Below are positions 1 through 13,024 of a stretch of 64,000 nucleotides of DNA, one piece after another. The translations under genes were made by a program, and so were the position numbers. Under the pieces are notes generated by a model. It was not told where the DNA came from. It did no database searches and worked only from the letters and a program-made list of their open reading frames with translations. Origin of the DNA: Octopus bimaculoides (lineage: Eukaryota); contig NC_068990.1 in assembly GCF_001194135.2 (NCBI RefSeq), positions 90,546,802 to 90,610,801 on the forward strand, in the 5' to 3' direction. Numbering within the stretch: the stretch's first letter is position 1; every line of letters begins with the position of its first letter.

Positions 1-570
1 TTTATATTGAATTCTGATTGACAAATGAGATTTCACTTGTCGCCTAAGGGAGTAGATCTGTAAAACTATTATTGCGAATCAATCAATAACAGCTCATGCC
101 TGAGATTGACATTGAACAAGTAGCCTTGAGGGAGATTATAATTGCTTCGATCTCGAGTAATTTTATTATTATTTCGTTATTTTATTATCAAAATTATGGT
201 TAACGATCATAATTGTTTTTGTTTTTCCGTTTTCAACACTTACTGCTCCGTCGATTGTTGTAACAATTAAAACAGATGCAGTAGCCCTCACACATATCAG
301 CTTTTTTTTGTTTGGTGTTCCCTCTTTCTTTCTGTTTATTTTTTATTTGCCGTTTTTCACCACGATGTAAATCATCTCAGTCCGTCTATCAAAAATACAG
401 TCAAGCAGAATGAGAATAACCTGCAGAGGTGTCGATTTTAAAACCGGGTTTCGATTCCTCCTCGTTGTATATATTTCATTGACATTCCTAAAATCCTTCT
501 TCATGAAATTAACAGACATTTCAATGCAAAATTTCCGTTATCACTATAAGTATCGATCAGTGATATTGTA

Positions 571-642
571 TTCTATTCTAGGCACAAGGCCCGAAATTTT
601 GGGGGAGGGGACCAGTCGATTAGATCGACCCCAGTACGCAAC
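571..642 (-). mobile_element. SINE family B, 3' part only
   Basis: Reverse complement matches the 3' end of the fuller copy at 13982-14187 (gtactggggtcgatctaatcgactggtcccctccc..aaaatttcgggccttgtgcctagaatagaa). Confidence 0.85.
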
Positions 643-1917
643 GTGGTGGTGGTGACATTGATAAAGAAAAATTCGAAGATATCTACGGATATGGCACAGT
701 TCTTGCTATTAAGTGCTAGAAAATGTCAGGGAGATCAGAGAGAATGTCGAGAGAGCAATGCTTAGTCAATTAAAATGTTTAACAGTATTTTATCGACCTC
801 AGAAGTATGAAAGGCTAAATAGACCTGAGTAGAATTTGAACTCAAAACAGAAAAAGCCAGAAGAGAACTTGCGATGGTTCTACCAAACCACAAGACAAAC
901 TGTTTGGGAGGAGAAGGCTTGGTCGAAACTTTTTTTGATTTTAGTATTTGNNNNNNNNNNNNNNNNNNNNNNNNNNNNNNNNNNNNNNNNNNNNNNNNNN
1001 NNNNNNNNNNNNNNNNNNNNNNNNNNNNNNNNNNNNNNNNNNNNNNNNNNNNNNNNNNNNNNNNNNNNNNNNNNNNNNNNNNNNNNNNNNNNNNNNNNNN
1101 NNNNNNNNNNNNNNNNNNNNNNNNNNNNNNNNNNNNNNNNNNNNNNNNNNNNNNNNNNNNNNNNNNNNNNNNNNNNNNNNNNNNNNNNNNNNNNNNNNNN
1201 NNNNNNNNNNNNNNNNNNNGGAGAAGAAGAAGAAGAGAAAGAAAAGAAGAAAAAGAAGAAGAAGAAGAAGAAGAAGAAGCTGTTGATGATGACGATGATG
1301 ATGATGATGATGACTATTCGACCGTGAGAAGTAAAGTTGACCACGGTGGTTCTTGAACTTAGAACGCAGAGAGTTGGAAGGAATCCCACAAAACTTTATC
1401 CTCTAACGACTGTACACGATAACCGTCTTATGAATGCGCATGCGCGCACACGTTTGTATCTACGTACCTGTACGTATGTATTCTGTATGTATTACTCATT
1501 GATGCGTTGTAAATTCGAATATATCTCTATGTAAACACGCTGTTTGTCTACTCCTATATTCTTGCATGTATGCAACAATATGGTTACCTTGCGTATGCGC
1601 GCGTACATGTGGTATAATTTGAGAAGTCACATGACTATCACTTTCAATGCTTGAGTGTAAATCCGCATGTGCATTCGTGTGCATATGCATGAAACATTAA
1701 GGATATGTGCATCCATTTAATTGTATAGATTTCATAGGTTTTTTAGGCAGGGGGTGGGGTGGATTACCATCATCATCATCATCATCATTATTATTATTAT
1801 TATTGTTATTATTATTATTATTATTATGTTACCATCAGCATTATTATTATTATTATCAACATGATGATCATCTTCATCATCATCGTCGTCGTCGTCGTCG
1901 TCATCATCACCTCATCA

Positions 1918-1954
<37 letters not shown>

Positions 1955-3137
1955 CATTATTATTATTATTATTATTATCATCTTTAAAGATGCTTTTCAC
2001 ATTCCTCCATCTTCATATTCTGGAATTTTAAAAGAAACCCCTTTTTATTTTTTAATTAATTTTTTTTTTTTTTTTTTGTCACAATCCCACGAGAATAATC
2101 ATCAAATTACAGAAAGGGATCGAACTGGGAAGGCGTACAGACGTTATTGGCAGGAACTTGTTAGAAACGAAACAAAGAATTATTCAGCGACGCAATACAA
2201 GTACGCCAAATACGGATCGCATGTCTTGCAACAGAGTCGCTGTTATGCTATAGAAAATATCAACCTTAATACATATTATGTTCAGAACACTTCAATCTTT
2301 CCAATATAGTCACATGTCGTATCGATTGTGTCACATGATGTATCGATTCAATCACAAGACATATATCGTTCAGTGATACGATATAGATCCATACGCAGCA
2401 TCATGGAGATATTTGCATTTCGAAGTCAGAAATTACTTGAATAGAATCACATGATATCACACAAAGGTTTTACAGATGCGTTAGAGGTAGACATGAAATG
2501 GAATAAATATATTTGAATATGGAATCACTGGGAGGTGGGGGAGGGGGCACGGGGAGGAAAGCCTGCGGTGAATGTAGCGCAGATGTACATGTGTACACAT
2601 ACACTCGTACGTACACATACGCACACACGGGCTCACGCACACACACACACATATATATAGAGAGAGAGGGGTGGATGNNNNNNNNNNNNNNNNNNNNNNN
2701 NNNNNNNNNNNNNNNNNNNNNNNNNNNNNNNNNNNNNNNNNNNNNGGGAGAGGGGGAGGAGGGAGAGGGGGAGAGGTTTAATACTTGCCTGCATATATTC
2801 ATATGCGTATTTTATATTTTCGCAGAGGAAAGGTTTAAAACATTTGTACGTATGTAACAATATATGTATGTATGTATATGTATATGTATATATCTATATG
2901 TGTGTGTGTGTGTAGACATATACATATAAATATGTATGTATATATATGTATGTGTGTGTGTGTATGTATGTATTTAACTGTATATGTGTGTGTATACTTA
3001 TATATAGATATTGGAGTAAGCACATGAATGTGAAACAAAGTCGAAAAAATAGTACTCGAATACCGGAGGTAGAGTAATATGCTTTATTAATAAAGTATAT
3101 TATATGTATATATACAGTTTAGCAAGGAAAAGACTTA

Positions 3138-3162
3138 ATAGATAGACAGACAGTCAGACAGG

Positions 3163-3223
<61 letters not shown>

Positions 3224-3239
3224 GGATAAACAGACAGAC

Positions 3240-3291
<52 letters not shown>

Positions 3292-3292
3292 T
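3138..3292. repeat. (GATA)n/(GACA)n microsatellite
   Basis: Direct read of tandem tetramers. Confidence 0.95.
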
Positions 3293-4415
3293 AGTAGAAT
3301 CGCCGGATAATACATTTATCAAGCTGTAAGTAATCTTGAGTTTACGGCCCATATAATTCAAAGGTTCAGCTTGTATGCCACTGAGTCTTCTTGAAAACAT
3401 TGTAAACGTTACAATTGTGTATCTATGAGATAATCGACCACTTATACTATAATCCATTCAGTAGTCAGCTCCTTTAATTAAACAACATAAGTACGCATAG
3501 TCGAAATTGACGGTGGGTCCGTTTATTCGTATGTATTTAAAAACACAAAGTCTCACATACTCATATGCGATAAAAGGCCATCAATTCAACAGGAAGGGAA
3601 AAACCTGTCAATTAAATCTGCTCCAAGACATCAGTGGTAAACAGTTCATGGTCAGCACCCTGTTGCGATGAATGGCGAAAATCTAGCTTTGCGAAAACTG
3701 GTCTCAAATCACAGAGAGAAATTACTATGAATTTTTGCGTAGTTAATCCGCCGCTCAGTCAATTCTGTCAGACGAACGACCATTTTAACACTGACATTTC
3801 GATGATAAATTACCCAAGGTGTTCGTACACAGGCAGAAACCAGTGCAACAACAGTGACAATAACAACCACACCACATCATCTTACAATAAGCGCTTTAGA
3901 CGCTACAACAACTACAGCAGTAATAACAACCACAACTTCTTACAATAAGCGCTTTAGCAACATATGCAGCAGCACCAGCAACAGTAAGTGCATCAGTTGT
4001 AACTGCTGATGCAGCTGCAGTTAAATCTGGTGAAGAAGTGCAGAAGAGATTAACGATCCTTGGAAAATAAGCTTTGATACTTTCGCATCTCGTTAAGATC
4101 AAACAGTATTGCTAGCTTCGTCATGTATAACAGTTATGTTTCAGCACCATACATCAATGCATATGGCTTTAACACACCCCGTTTATGCATAGCTCCGCAA
4201 CTTTCTTACTAATCACGCTGAGCAAATAGGCTGGGGTGCAAGAGTAGAGTAATTACGGAGATTTACCTTTCACGTTCGAATCCCATTTGCGTCGAATTTT
4301 GAAATTTAGCCTCAATCAAGTGATATAATGTTCTTAATTATCAATTGACACCTTCTCTCAAGATAGCAGCTCATATATATATATATATATATATATATAC
4401 GTGTGTGTGTGTATG

Positions 4416-4451
<36 letters not shown>

Positions 4452-5178
4452 TATATATACATACATACATATATANNNNNNNNNNNNNNNNNNNNNNNNN
4501 NNNNNNNNNNNNNNNNNNNNNNNNNNNNNNNNNNNNNNNNNNNNNNNNNNNNNNNNNNNNNNNNNNNNNNNNNNNNNNNNNNNNNNTATATATATATATA
4601 TATATATATATACATGCGTGTGTTGTGTGTGTGTGTGTTTGATGTACTAGGGTCAATTTACTTGACTGTACCTTACTACAAAATCATAGCCGTGGGGACA
4701 CGTTAGAAGATATTTTATCGGAATCAAGATAGAAAAAAATTTATGTAGAGCGAAACATTTAATAGCTTCAGGTTTCAAATTGAAGTATTTCAGCCCCTTT
4801 ACGTTGTCTTACAGTTCAGTAAATTATTTCTATGAAGAAGGATTTGTATTGTCAAGCAAAGAATAGCAGATACAACACACGCTACCTTTTCACGACAGGG
4901 TCGTAATATGCCCGAAAATGAAGGACCCAATAACATTGTAGTCTCCTATGCATAAAACAGTTCGATATTTACGATTAGAAGGAATATAACCCCAGGTAAG
5001 TTCATTTAATCCCGACCTGAGTTGAACAACTGCAACACCTACATACAAATCGAATATTTTTCACCATCCCCCAAATTTCCTGCGTTTCCTTGTGTCTGCA
5101 GACAAATTGAATGAGCAGCTCGGTCCTAAATCTCGATTGTAATAAATTCATATACCATGTCCAAATAAATTAGTTGTA

Positions 5179-5347
5179 TTCTTTTACTTGTTTCAGTTAT
5201 TTTGACTGCGGTCATGCTGGAGCACCACCTTCAGTCGAACAAATTGATCCCAGGATTTATTCTATCGGTTTCTTTTGCCGAACCGCTTAGTTTCGGAAAC
5301 GTAAACACACCAACATTGGTTTTCAAGCGATAGTGCGGGGACAAAAA

Positions 5348-5391
<44 letters not shown>

Positions 5392-5553
5392 CGAGGGGAT
5401 TATTTTAGTTACCGTCTACTAAATCCACTCACAAGACTTTAGTCGGCCGGAAGCTATAGTAGAAAGTCACCTGCCCAAGGTGCCACGCAGTGGGACTGAA
5501 CTCGGAACTATGTGGTTGAGAAGCAAGCTTCTTAGAACACAGCCACGCATGCG
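5179..5553 (-). mobile_element. SINE family A (tRNA head + CORE-like block + (TG)n + 3' domain), near full length
   Basis: Reverse complement is colinear with 59796-60235: B-box-like gagttcagtccc, ggcaccttgggcag, internal (CA)n tract, ggtgctccagcatgaccgcagtc 3' block. Confidence 0.85.
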
Positions 5554-5624
5554 TAAGAGATTATTATGAAATTCAGTGAAAATATGCTTTACGTGTAATG
5601 GCTAACGAGTTGTGTTTCCTTTCA

Positions 5625-5790
5625 GAGGAAGGCGGTGCACTGACAGAGTCGTTACCTCACTGGACAAAAAGCTGAGTGGCATATCTTCCGATTTTACATT
5701 CTGAGTTCAAATGCTACCAGGATCGATTTTTACCTTTCGTCCTTTAAGCATCGATAAAAGAAGTACCAGCTGAGCACTGAGATCGAAAGT
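5625..5790 (+). mobile_element. SINE family B, diverged copy
   Basis: ggcggtgcactgacagagtcgtta...ctgagttcaaat...cctttcgtcctttaagcatcgataaaagaagtaccagctgagcactg aligns with 13982-14187. Confidence 0.75.
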
Positions 5791-7120
5791 ATTTTGTTTT
5801 ACGCCCTAACGATCTTGCCAGTTCACTGTTTATATATGCCTAATTAGCAAAACCAATAAACCACCATACGGGGTCATTTAAATATTAAAGTTTACTACGG
5901 GGGAGATCCAAACATATTTGTCATCACAGTATCGATAAACTAATTAATTAAATTAATAGATAAGACAGTGGAAGACATCTATCATGTTTGCAACCTCATC
6001 ATGGACAGTAAACTTCTAGCTTATTAACCTTCATAAAGCGTAGCTTTAAACAGAATTTCACAACGGTTTTAAAACTCTGAGTATTCGCTTTTTGATGAAT
6101 GGTAAGGAAACTAGAAACGGTAGCGTCCAGCCGATCCCTCATTTACTCTTCCGGTATGGTTTCCATATGGAACATAACAGGTGACTATTAGTTTCTAGTG
6201 AGTTAATTTTATTTAGATTACGAACATAAAGATACCTAAAATCATCGGGTATACTCCGTAGTAACCATTATTATGAAAAATAAACACTGCTATTGCGGCA
6301 TGACTTCATTTAAACGTATCCATGAATATTTTATGGCCTTGTGGCCATGCATGAAGTTAAATGGAATTCGGCAAAAAATTTCAGTTATTAGAAATATGGG
6401 AATTCATTTCCTGAGACGCTTACATTTTTCCAAATTATGGCAATATGCAAATTTTATCAGGATCGCAGTCATGAAAACTGTTGCATCTCACATATCAAGG
6501 AGTTTGAAAATTATCGATTCTAAAAGGTGCTATTTGACCGAAATCAGCCATTAATCTTGTGTTCTGTTAGAAACATTAGAAACGTAGAATGAATATCGAG
6601 TGTCATGGCTGAATAATCGTCTCTCTTGGTTCACATAAAACAAAGTAATTTTAAACATAATCACTTTGGGCTTTGAAGGGATTATCTTGCATAAGAATTT
6701 ATTCTGAGATCGAATTCTGGACGTATGGGTTCCAGTTTCGTAGACATTTATTAAAGTGCATGGTATTTATTTTTGTATGTAATGCTCTGAACATTTCGGA
6801 TTACGTTATTGTGTAAGAGGAAGCTTTTTATGTATTTTTCACAAGAATCTGGTGGTTCTCATGTATAAGGTTGTGTATTAACGTATGAAATGTAAAACTC
6901 TTCTTGTCTTTGTTCTTGTTTTCGTTCTTAATGCTTTTAGTTATTGAAAAATAATAATCTGGAGTTTAATGGAAGTGGTAGCCAATAAAACTCGAAATTA
7001 ACCAATCTAGAAATAACTTTCATTTCAAGAATTCCATGACGGAGTCTCTGCCTCGTTTCCTCCATCTGCTAGAAATAGTCATCATATCTTACTCAAATCA
7101 CACCAAGACATAATAATCAT

Positions 7121-7330
7121 TTCTACTCTAGGCCACAAGGCCTGAAATTTGGGGGGAGGCAGCCAGTCGGTTATATCGACCCCAGTACGCAACTGGTACT
7201 TAATTTATCGACCCCGAAAGGATGAATGGCAAAGTCGACCTCGGCGGAATTTGAACTCAGAACGTAGAGGCAGACGAAATACTGCTAAGCATTTCACCCC
7301 ACGTGCTAACGATTCTGCCAGCTCGCTACA
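7121..7330 (-). mobile_element. SINE family B, full length, inserted into a family D repeat
   Basis: Minus strand: A-box tggcagaatcg, B-box gagttcaaattcc, core cctttcggggtcgataaattaagtacc, tail gcctagagtagaa. Flanked by caagacata(t)aataat on both sides. Confidence 0.9.
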
Positions 7331-8734
7331 TTCAAGACATATTAATAATGGAAGCGGACAGACTATAATGGGATTCTAGATACATAATTTAACCAAAGAT
7401 TGGATAGATGGTCACGGCCGGAACACTTCTGATCATAAAGACCTGTGGCTAACCTAAACCGCAACCACAAAATTTGTCACAATGTGATCAGACAATAGTC
7501 GTAAGATTATTACACCCTTTTCTTCTTCTATCAGTTTCCTATTGCGCATGCGCACATAGCCGAAGGAATAGGGTGCTAGGAAACGCTTTTAAGATTTTAA
7601 ATGAATTCTCACTAACACTCTGTTGTGTGAAGGACCAAGAGCCTTTTGTGAAGTTATCCTATTTAGCTCTAGCCAGCTCTAAATGAGCAACCTAGAATCA
7701 AAGGTCTGTTTTAGCCATAATCACACGTATTTAAATTCAGTATTTTATATCTGTCACTACTCTGGCCAATGTATTCCTCTGTAGTTAAGATGTTAACTTG
7801 TAATTTAAAGATTTCTGGCAAGTTGACGGACCCTACAATGCACTGTTGTACGTCGACAGGTATAATTACCAACACAGGAACATGCTCCAAGGGGCATCGG
7901 GCGTAAGGATACTGTAGTAGCGTTGAGAAAGATAAAGAGAGAAGACAGTACGCCTGTGGGCCAGAGTGTCTGTAAGAGATTTTATGCCAATCCGTTAATG
8001 ATCTTTTCCCGGATCTGCTGCAGAATAATTGTATGTGCAACGATAATATTGTCCCAGATGTGAGAGCAATAATTCGTTGAGCATCTCGCCTGAGATTTAT
8101 AGAGTAACTATAATTCTAGGGGGTTGAAATAGCTTCTTAATCTGTAGATAAGGGTTAATCTTTGGGATGTCCAGGCTTGCGTACTGGAGTGAAACTCCTT
8201 CCAGCTGCACAGTTGCAGAAACACTGCGTTGAAAACCCCTCGATCAATGGAATCCTTCGAAAGCTTCCATCTATATTTTAGTGAGGTTTTAAAAGATGAC
8301 ATCACACGCAGTGAGGGTATTTAAGTCCGAAACATAAAGGGACATATCTAAAAAGAACCGGGTAGGCTTTTTATTTCGTGGGTACATGTACCCGTTGTGC
8401 GTATCTTTCAGCTGAAATATAAACGATACGTGTGGAATGCGACTACCGAAGAGAGCACGTGACTCCGCTAAGAGACACGTAGAGACACAGGCCTCGTAAA
8501 GTTATCCTCCTCTCCTTCCTCTTCCTCCTACTACTACAACTATTACTACTACTTCTGCTACTTAAAAGCTCTTGAAGCCAAAGTAACACCACTAGTAGTG
8601 CTACTGCTAACATTACGCACGTTCACTCGTATAGGAACGAATGCAACACTAAGTTCAAATGCTGCTGCTACTACTACTACCACTAGCACCATCACCAGCA
8701 CCACCACTGTTGTTGCTTCTGTTACAGCATCAAC

Positions 8735-8737
<3 letters not shown>

Positions 8738-8777
<40 letters not shown>

Positions 8778-8787
8778 NNNNNNNNNN

Positions 8788-8821
<34 letters not shown>

Positions 8822-9025
8822 TGTGGTGGTGGTGGTGTAGTAGTGGTGGTGTAGTTGTGGTGTTGGTAGTAGTAGTAGTAGTAGTAGTAGTACGAGTGGT
8901 GGCGGTGGTGGTGATGGTAGTAGTAGTGGCGGTGGTGGTAGTAGTAATGGTGGTGGTGGTGGTAGGAGTAATGGTGGTGGTGGTGGTGGTGGTAGTAGTA
9001 GTGGTGGTGGTGGTGGTAGTGGTTG
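8738..9025. repeat. (TAG)n/(GTG)n compound trinucleotide microsatellite
   Basis: Direct read; source of the poly-S/V/H ORFs. Confidence 0.95.
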
Positions 9026-9056
9026 TTACTTTGTTGTGGTTGTCGTATAACCGTAG

Positions 9057-9250
9057 GTGAAGAGTGGTCGAGCAGGCATGAGATCAAAAGGCATTCCAGC
9101 CCTGACCATCTCGTCTTTTTATGATTATGCAGCAGGGGCTGCATTATCCAAAGTGTCCTGTTTTTTAAATTCATTTACGACGGCGGCGGGATGTGATTCG
9201 AGGGAGATTAAGCTGCTATTTCCAACGGGTGCGTCGATCACTTTCAGAAT
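9057..9250 (+). mobile_element. Unclassified dispersed repeat family D, best-preserved copy
   Basis: Both diagnostic blocks are present (gatcaaaaggcattccagccctgaccatc and gtgattcgagggagattaagctgctatttc). They recur at about 7030-7450(-), 17650-18300(+), 24860-24930(-), 43570-43630(-), 45040-46850(+) and 61255-61385(-). Confidence 0.7.
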
Positions 9251-9284
9251 TACTCGACATAGCAGTTCATGTTGACAATGGAAA

Positions 9285-10476
9285 GTGCAGGGTGTTTGTT
9301 GCTATGACGACGACGACGACAATGATGATGATGATGATGATGGTGATGCTGATGATGCTGATGATGAGGACGACGGTAGTGGTGGTGGTGGTGATGGTGA
9401 TGATGATGATGACAACGATGATGATGATGATGATAATGATGGAGATGATGATGATGGCGGGTTGGTGATGGTATTGATAGTAGTTGTGGTGGTGGTGGTG
9501 GTGGTGGTGGTAATGTTGGTAGCTGTGGTAGTGGTGGTGGCAGTGGTGTCGGTAGAGGTGATGGTGGTAGTGGTGGAGGTGGAGGTGGTGCTGCTGCTGC
9601 TGATGATGATGCTGTTTGTTGCAGTAGCGTCTGAGAATATGTTTATAGATTTTCTCCTGATGAGGGGTGGAGGTTAGCCGTGCAACTGATGATCATCGTG
9701 GCGGGGGTGGCGGGGGTGGTGATAAGGTTTGTGAGGATCATGATGCTATTAAAGAGTACGACGAAGGTATTGCTGCTGCTGCTGCTGCTGCTGCTTATGA
9801 TGATGATGATGATGATGANNNNNNNNNNNNNNNNNNNNTGTGATGATCATGATGCTATTAAAGAGTACGACGAAGGTATTGCTGCTGCTGCTGCTGCTGC
9901 TGCTTATGATGATGATGATGATGATGACGATGATGGTAGATGCGAAGATATCGGTGATAACAACTTCTGTTGGCTTTGATGACAGTGACACAAATGATGA
10001 CAGTAAACTGCAGCAGTAGCAGCAGCAGAGCAGTGCTCTGACATCACACTGGCACCCAACCACCATCACCACCACCACCGTTATCACTTCAGTTACTCGT
10101 TCTGATACTACTACTACTACCACTACTACTACTACTACTACCACTACTACTACCACTACTACCACTACTACTACTACTACTACCACTACTACTACTACTA
10201 CTACCACTACTACTACCACTACTACTACTACTACTACTACCACTACTACTACTACTACTACCACAAATATCAATACTACTAAGGTTACTAGAACCACCAC
10301 AACCCCTACTAATACTATCTCATCAACTACTACCACCTCCACCGTTACTATTATTACTACAAGTAATACCAATTCCCCACACTAAATACTACTGCCGCTA
10401 CATCTCCCCCTACCACGATCACTAAACCTAATAACATTTCTACTACTACTAATAATAATGATAATTGATGATGATG

Positions 10477-10552
<76 letters not shown>

Positions 10553-10586
10553 ATTAATAATAGTAATAACAACAACAACAACAACG

Positions 10587-10639
<53 letters not shown>

Positions 10640-10640
10640 G
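9285..10640. repeat. Degenerate (GAT)/(GTG)/(ACT)/(TAA) trinucleotide repeat field
   Basis: Direct read of successive trinucleotide tracts. Confidence 0.9.
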
Positions 10641-10659
10641 TTACAGTGTTCCTGCTTCA

Positions 10660-11080
10660 ACTCGTTTTTATCGAAATAAATGACATCAGGGTATTAACCT
10701 AAAAAAATGTATAAAATGCAAATTCGGTTCCCGTTGGTTTTGAACTCGGAACTCAAAGCAAGTTAATTAAATCCGCAGCTGAGCATTTCGCCTGGCACCC
10801 CACCGATTCTGTCATTCATCAGCATTCGGTAATGTTAAGTTTTTACAAAAGCAGAAGACTACACAGCTTTGAGTGTAGAATCGATTTAACAGACAGCCAC
10901 ATGCAATTGGCATTTAGAAGACAGAACAGCAAAATCCACCCCGAATAGAATTTATAAAACGTAAAAAAATACCCGAAAGAATTTTGTTCCGCTCTCAACC
11001 AATTTTGCCCTTAAATATTGTAGGAGTTCATAGGTGGACGCAGAGCTATGTGGTTAAGACACTCGCATGTGTGTGAGTTT

Positions 11081-11128
<48 letters not shown>

Positions 11129-12160
11129 TTATATATATTTATATATATATACATATATGTTTCTTTATTGCCCACTGGGGGCTAAACACAGGAGACAAAC
11201 AAGGACAGAGAAAGGGATTAAGTCGATTACATCGTCCCCAGTGCATAACTGGTACTTATTTAATCGACCCCGAAAGGATGAAAGGCTAAGTCGACCTCGG
11301 CGGAATTTGAACTCAGAACGTAACGGCAGACGAAATACTGTTAAGCATGTGTATGTATGTATGTATGTATGTATGTATGTATCATTGTCTCCTGTGCCAG
11401 CAAGAAAGATGAAGAGAAGCGTTAACACATTCAGGACTTAAATTCACCGAAGTTAAAAAGGTAATGAATTATGTCTGGATTCCTGGGTATTTTATGTGAA
11501 ACTCACTCAAAACTTGTTTTTTGTCATTTTTAATAACTAGAAGAATTCATTTTGAATAAGAAAACTAAACGCTGGGAATATTATTGCAGAAAAGCGTTTA
11601 TAGTTAAAGTTCTTTCTTTTGTGGATATTTCCCTACGTAAATTCAAATGCAGGACAGCTTCAGTCTGATGTCGGCACTAGATCACAGATCAGACTCAACT
11701 GTCTTCTACAATATGAAGAATGAGAGTTTTGATGGTGTTCAGATTAACTGATTCTAATTTAAGCACAAGGACAGTAATCATGAATGGAAGTGTTAGTCGA
11801 TGCCATTGTCTCAAGTATTTTACCGGTACCACACTTTTGTGATCCTGGGAAAATGAAGGGCAAAGTTGACCTCGACGAGATTTGCACTTTGTTCCGTAAA
11901 GACAAGGAACAAATAGCACAAAGTATTTTTTCCGTCAATCTGACGATTCTGCCAATCCACTATTCTAAAGTATTCAAATTAATAATAACTTCAAAATGTG
12001 GCACAAGCCAGTTACTTTAATGAGAAGGGCGTAATTAATTACGTCGAGCCTAATGCCAAACTGGATGAAAGGCATAGTCCACCTCGAAAGAATTTGAGTC
12101 ACGAGACACAGTAAGGTTTTGTCGGACGTGCGAACGATTCAGTCAGCATACCGCTATAAG
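10660..12160 (-). mobile_element. Cluster of about five family B SINE copies in the same orientation (best copy 11165-11347)
   Basis: Repeated blocks such as cgaccccgaaaggatgaaaggc..gtcgacctcggcggaatttgaactcagaac at about 10670-10815, 10870-11000, 11165-11347, 11800-11960 and 12000-12155. Confidence 0.7.
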
Positions 12161-12481
12161 ATTAATAACGACACAAAATGTATTGATTTGGGTAGAATAT
12201 GAATTTATGTAAAGTTTATGCAGGGCTGGTAAGCCATAAAGATGACAAGATTAAAGTAAAATTTCTATAGATTGTAGAGAAACAAAACATTGAAATTAGG
12301 TTTCCATTTGTCCAATTAGCGACGTAATTCTAGTGTTCCTTTCCCAGAAACGAAACCCTATCGCAGTTTCCAAATCAGAGAGATTTCCTCACAAGTCTGT
12401 TATCTGATGTTCCATCTGTCTGAAATATATGCTAATGTACTTATCCAGAATAATCAAACGTACACATGAATATATGTATGT

Positions 12482-12519
<38 letters not shown>

Positions 12520-12967
12520 GTGTGTGTGTGTGNNNNNNNNNNNNNNNNNNNNNNNNNNNNNNNNNNNNNNNNNNNNNNNNNNNNNNNNNNNNNNNNNNNN
12601 NNNNNNNNNNNNNNNNNNNNNNNNNNNNNNNNNNNNNNNNNNNNNNNNNNNNNNNNNNNNNNNNNNNNNNNNNNNNNNNNNNNNNNNNNNNNNNNNNNNN
12701 NNNNNNNNNNNNNNNNNNNNNNNNNNNNNNNNNNNNNNNNNNNNNNNNNNNNNNNNNNNNNNNNNNNNNNNNNNNNNNNNNNNNNNNNNNNNNNNNNNNN
12801 NNNNNNNNNNNNNNNNNNNNNNNNNNNNNNNNNNNNNNNNNNNNNNNNNNNNNNNNNNNNNNNNNNNNNNNNNNNNNNNNNNNNNNNNNNNNNNNNNNNN
12901 NNNNNNNNNNNNNNNNNNNNNNNNNNNNNNNNNNNNNNNNNNNNNNNNNNNNNNNNNNNNNNNNNNN

Positions 12968-13024
<57 letters not shown>

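Noticed and set aside
3860-4060. 58-bp-period duplication and A/T/S-rich frame
   Set aside because: Decayed (ACA)/(GCA) repeat with stops in each frame and no splice context I trust.
7810-7905. Plus-strand frame DFWQVDGPYNALLYVDRYNYQHRNMLQGASG, faintly like a DEG/ENaC segment
   Set aside because: Similarity is too short and vague and the acceptor is poor; cannot be supported without a search.
9735-9930. Duplicated 'DAIKEYDEGIAAAA' unit across a 20-N gap
   Set aside because: The copies differ mainly in (GCT)n length, which indicates a haplotype or assembly redundancy; the peptide is degenerate trinucleotide repeat.
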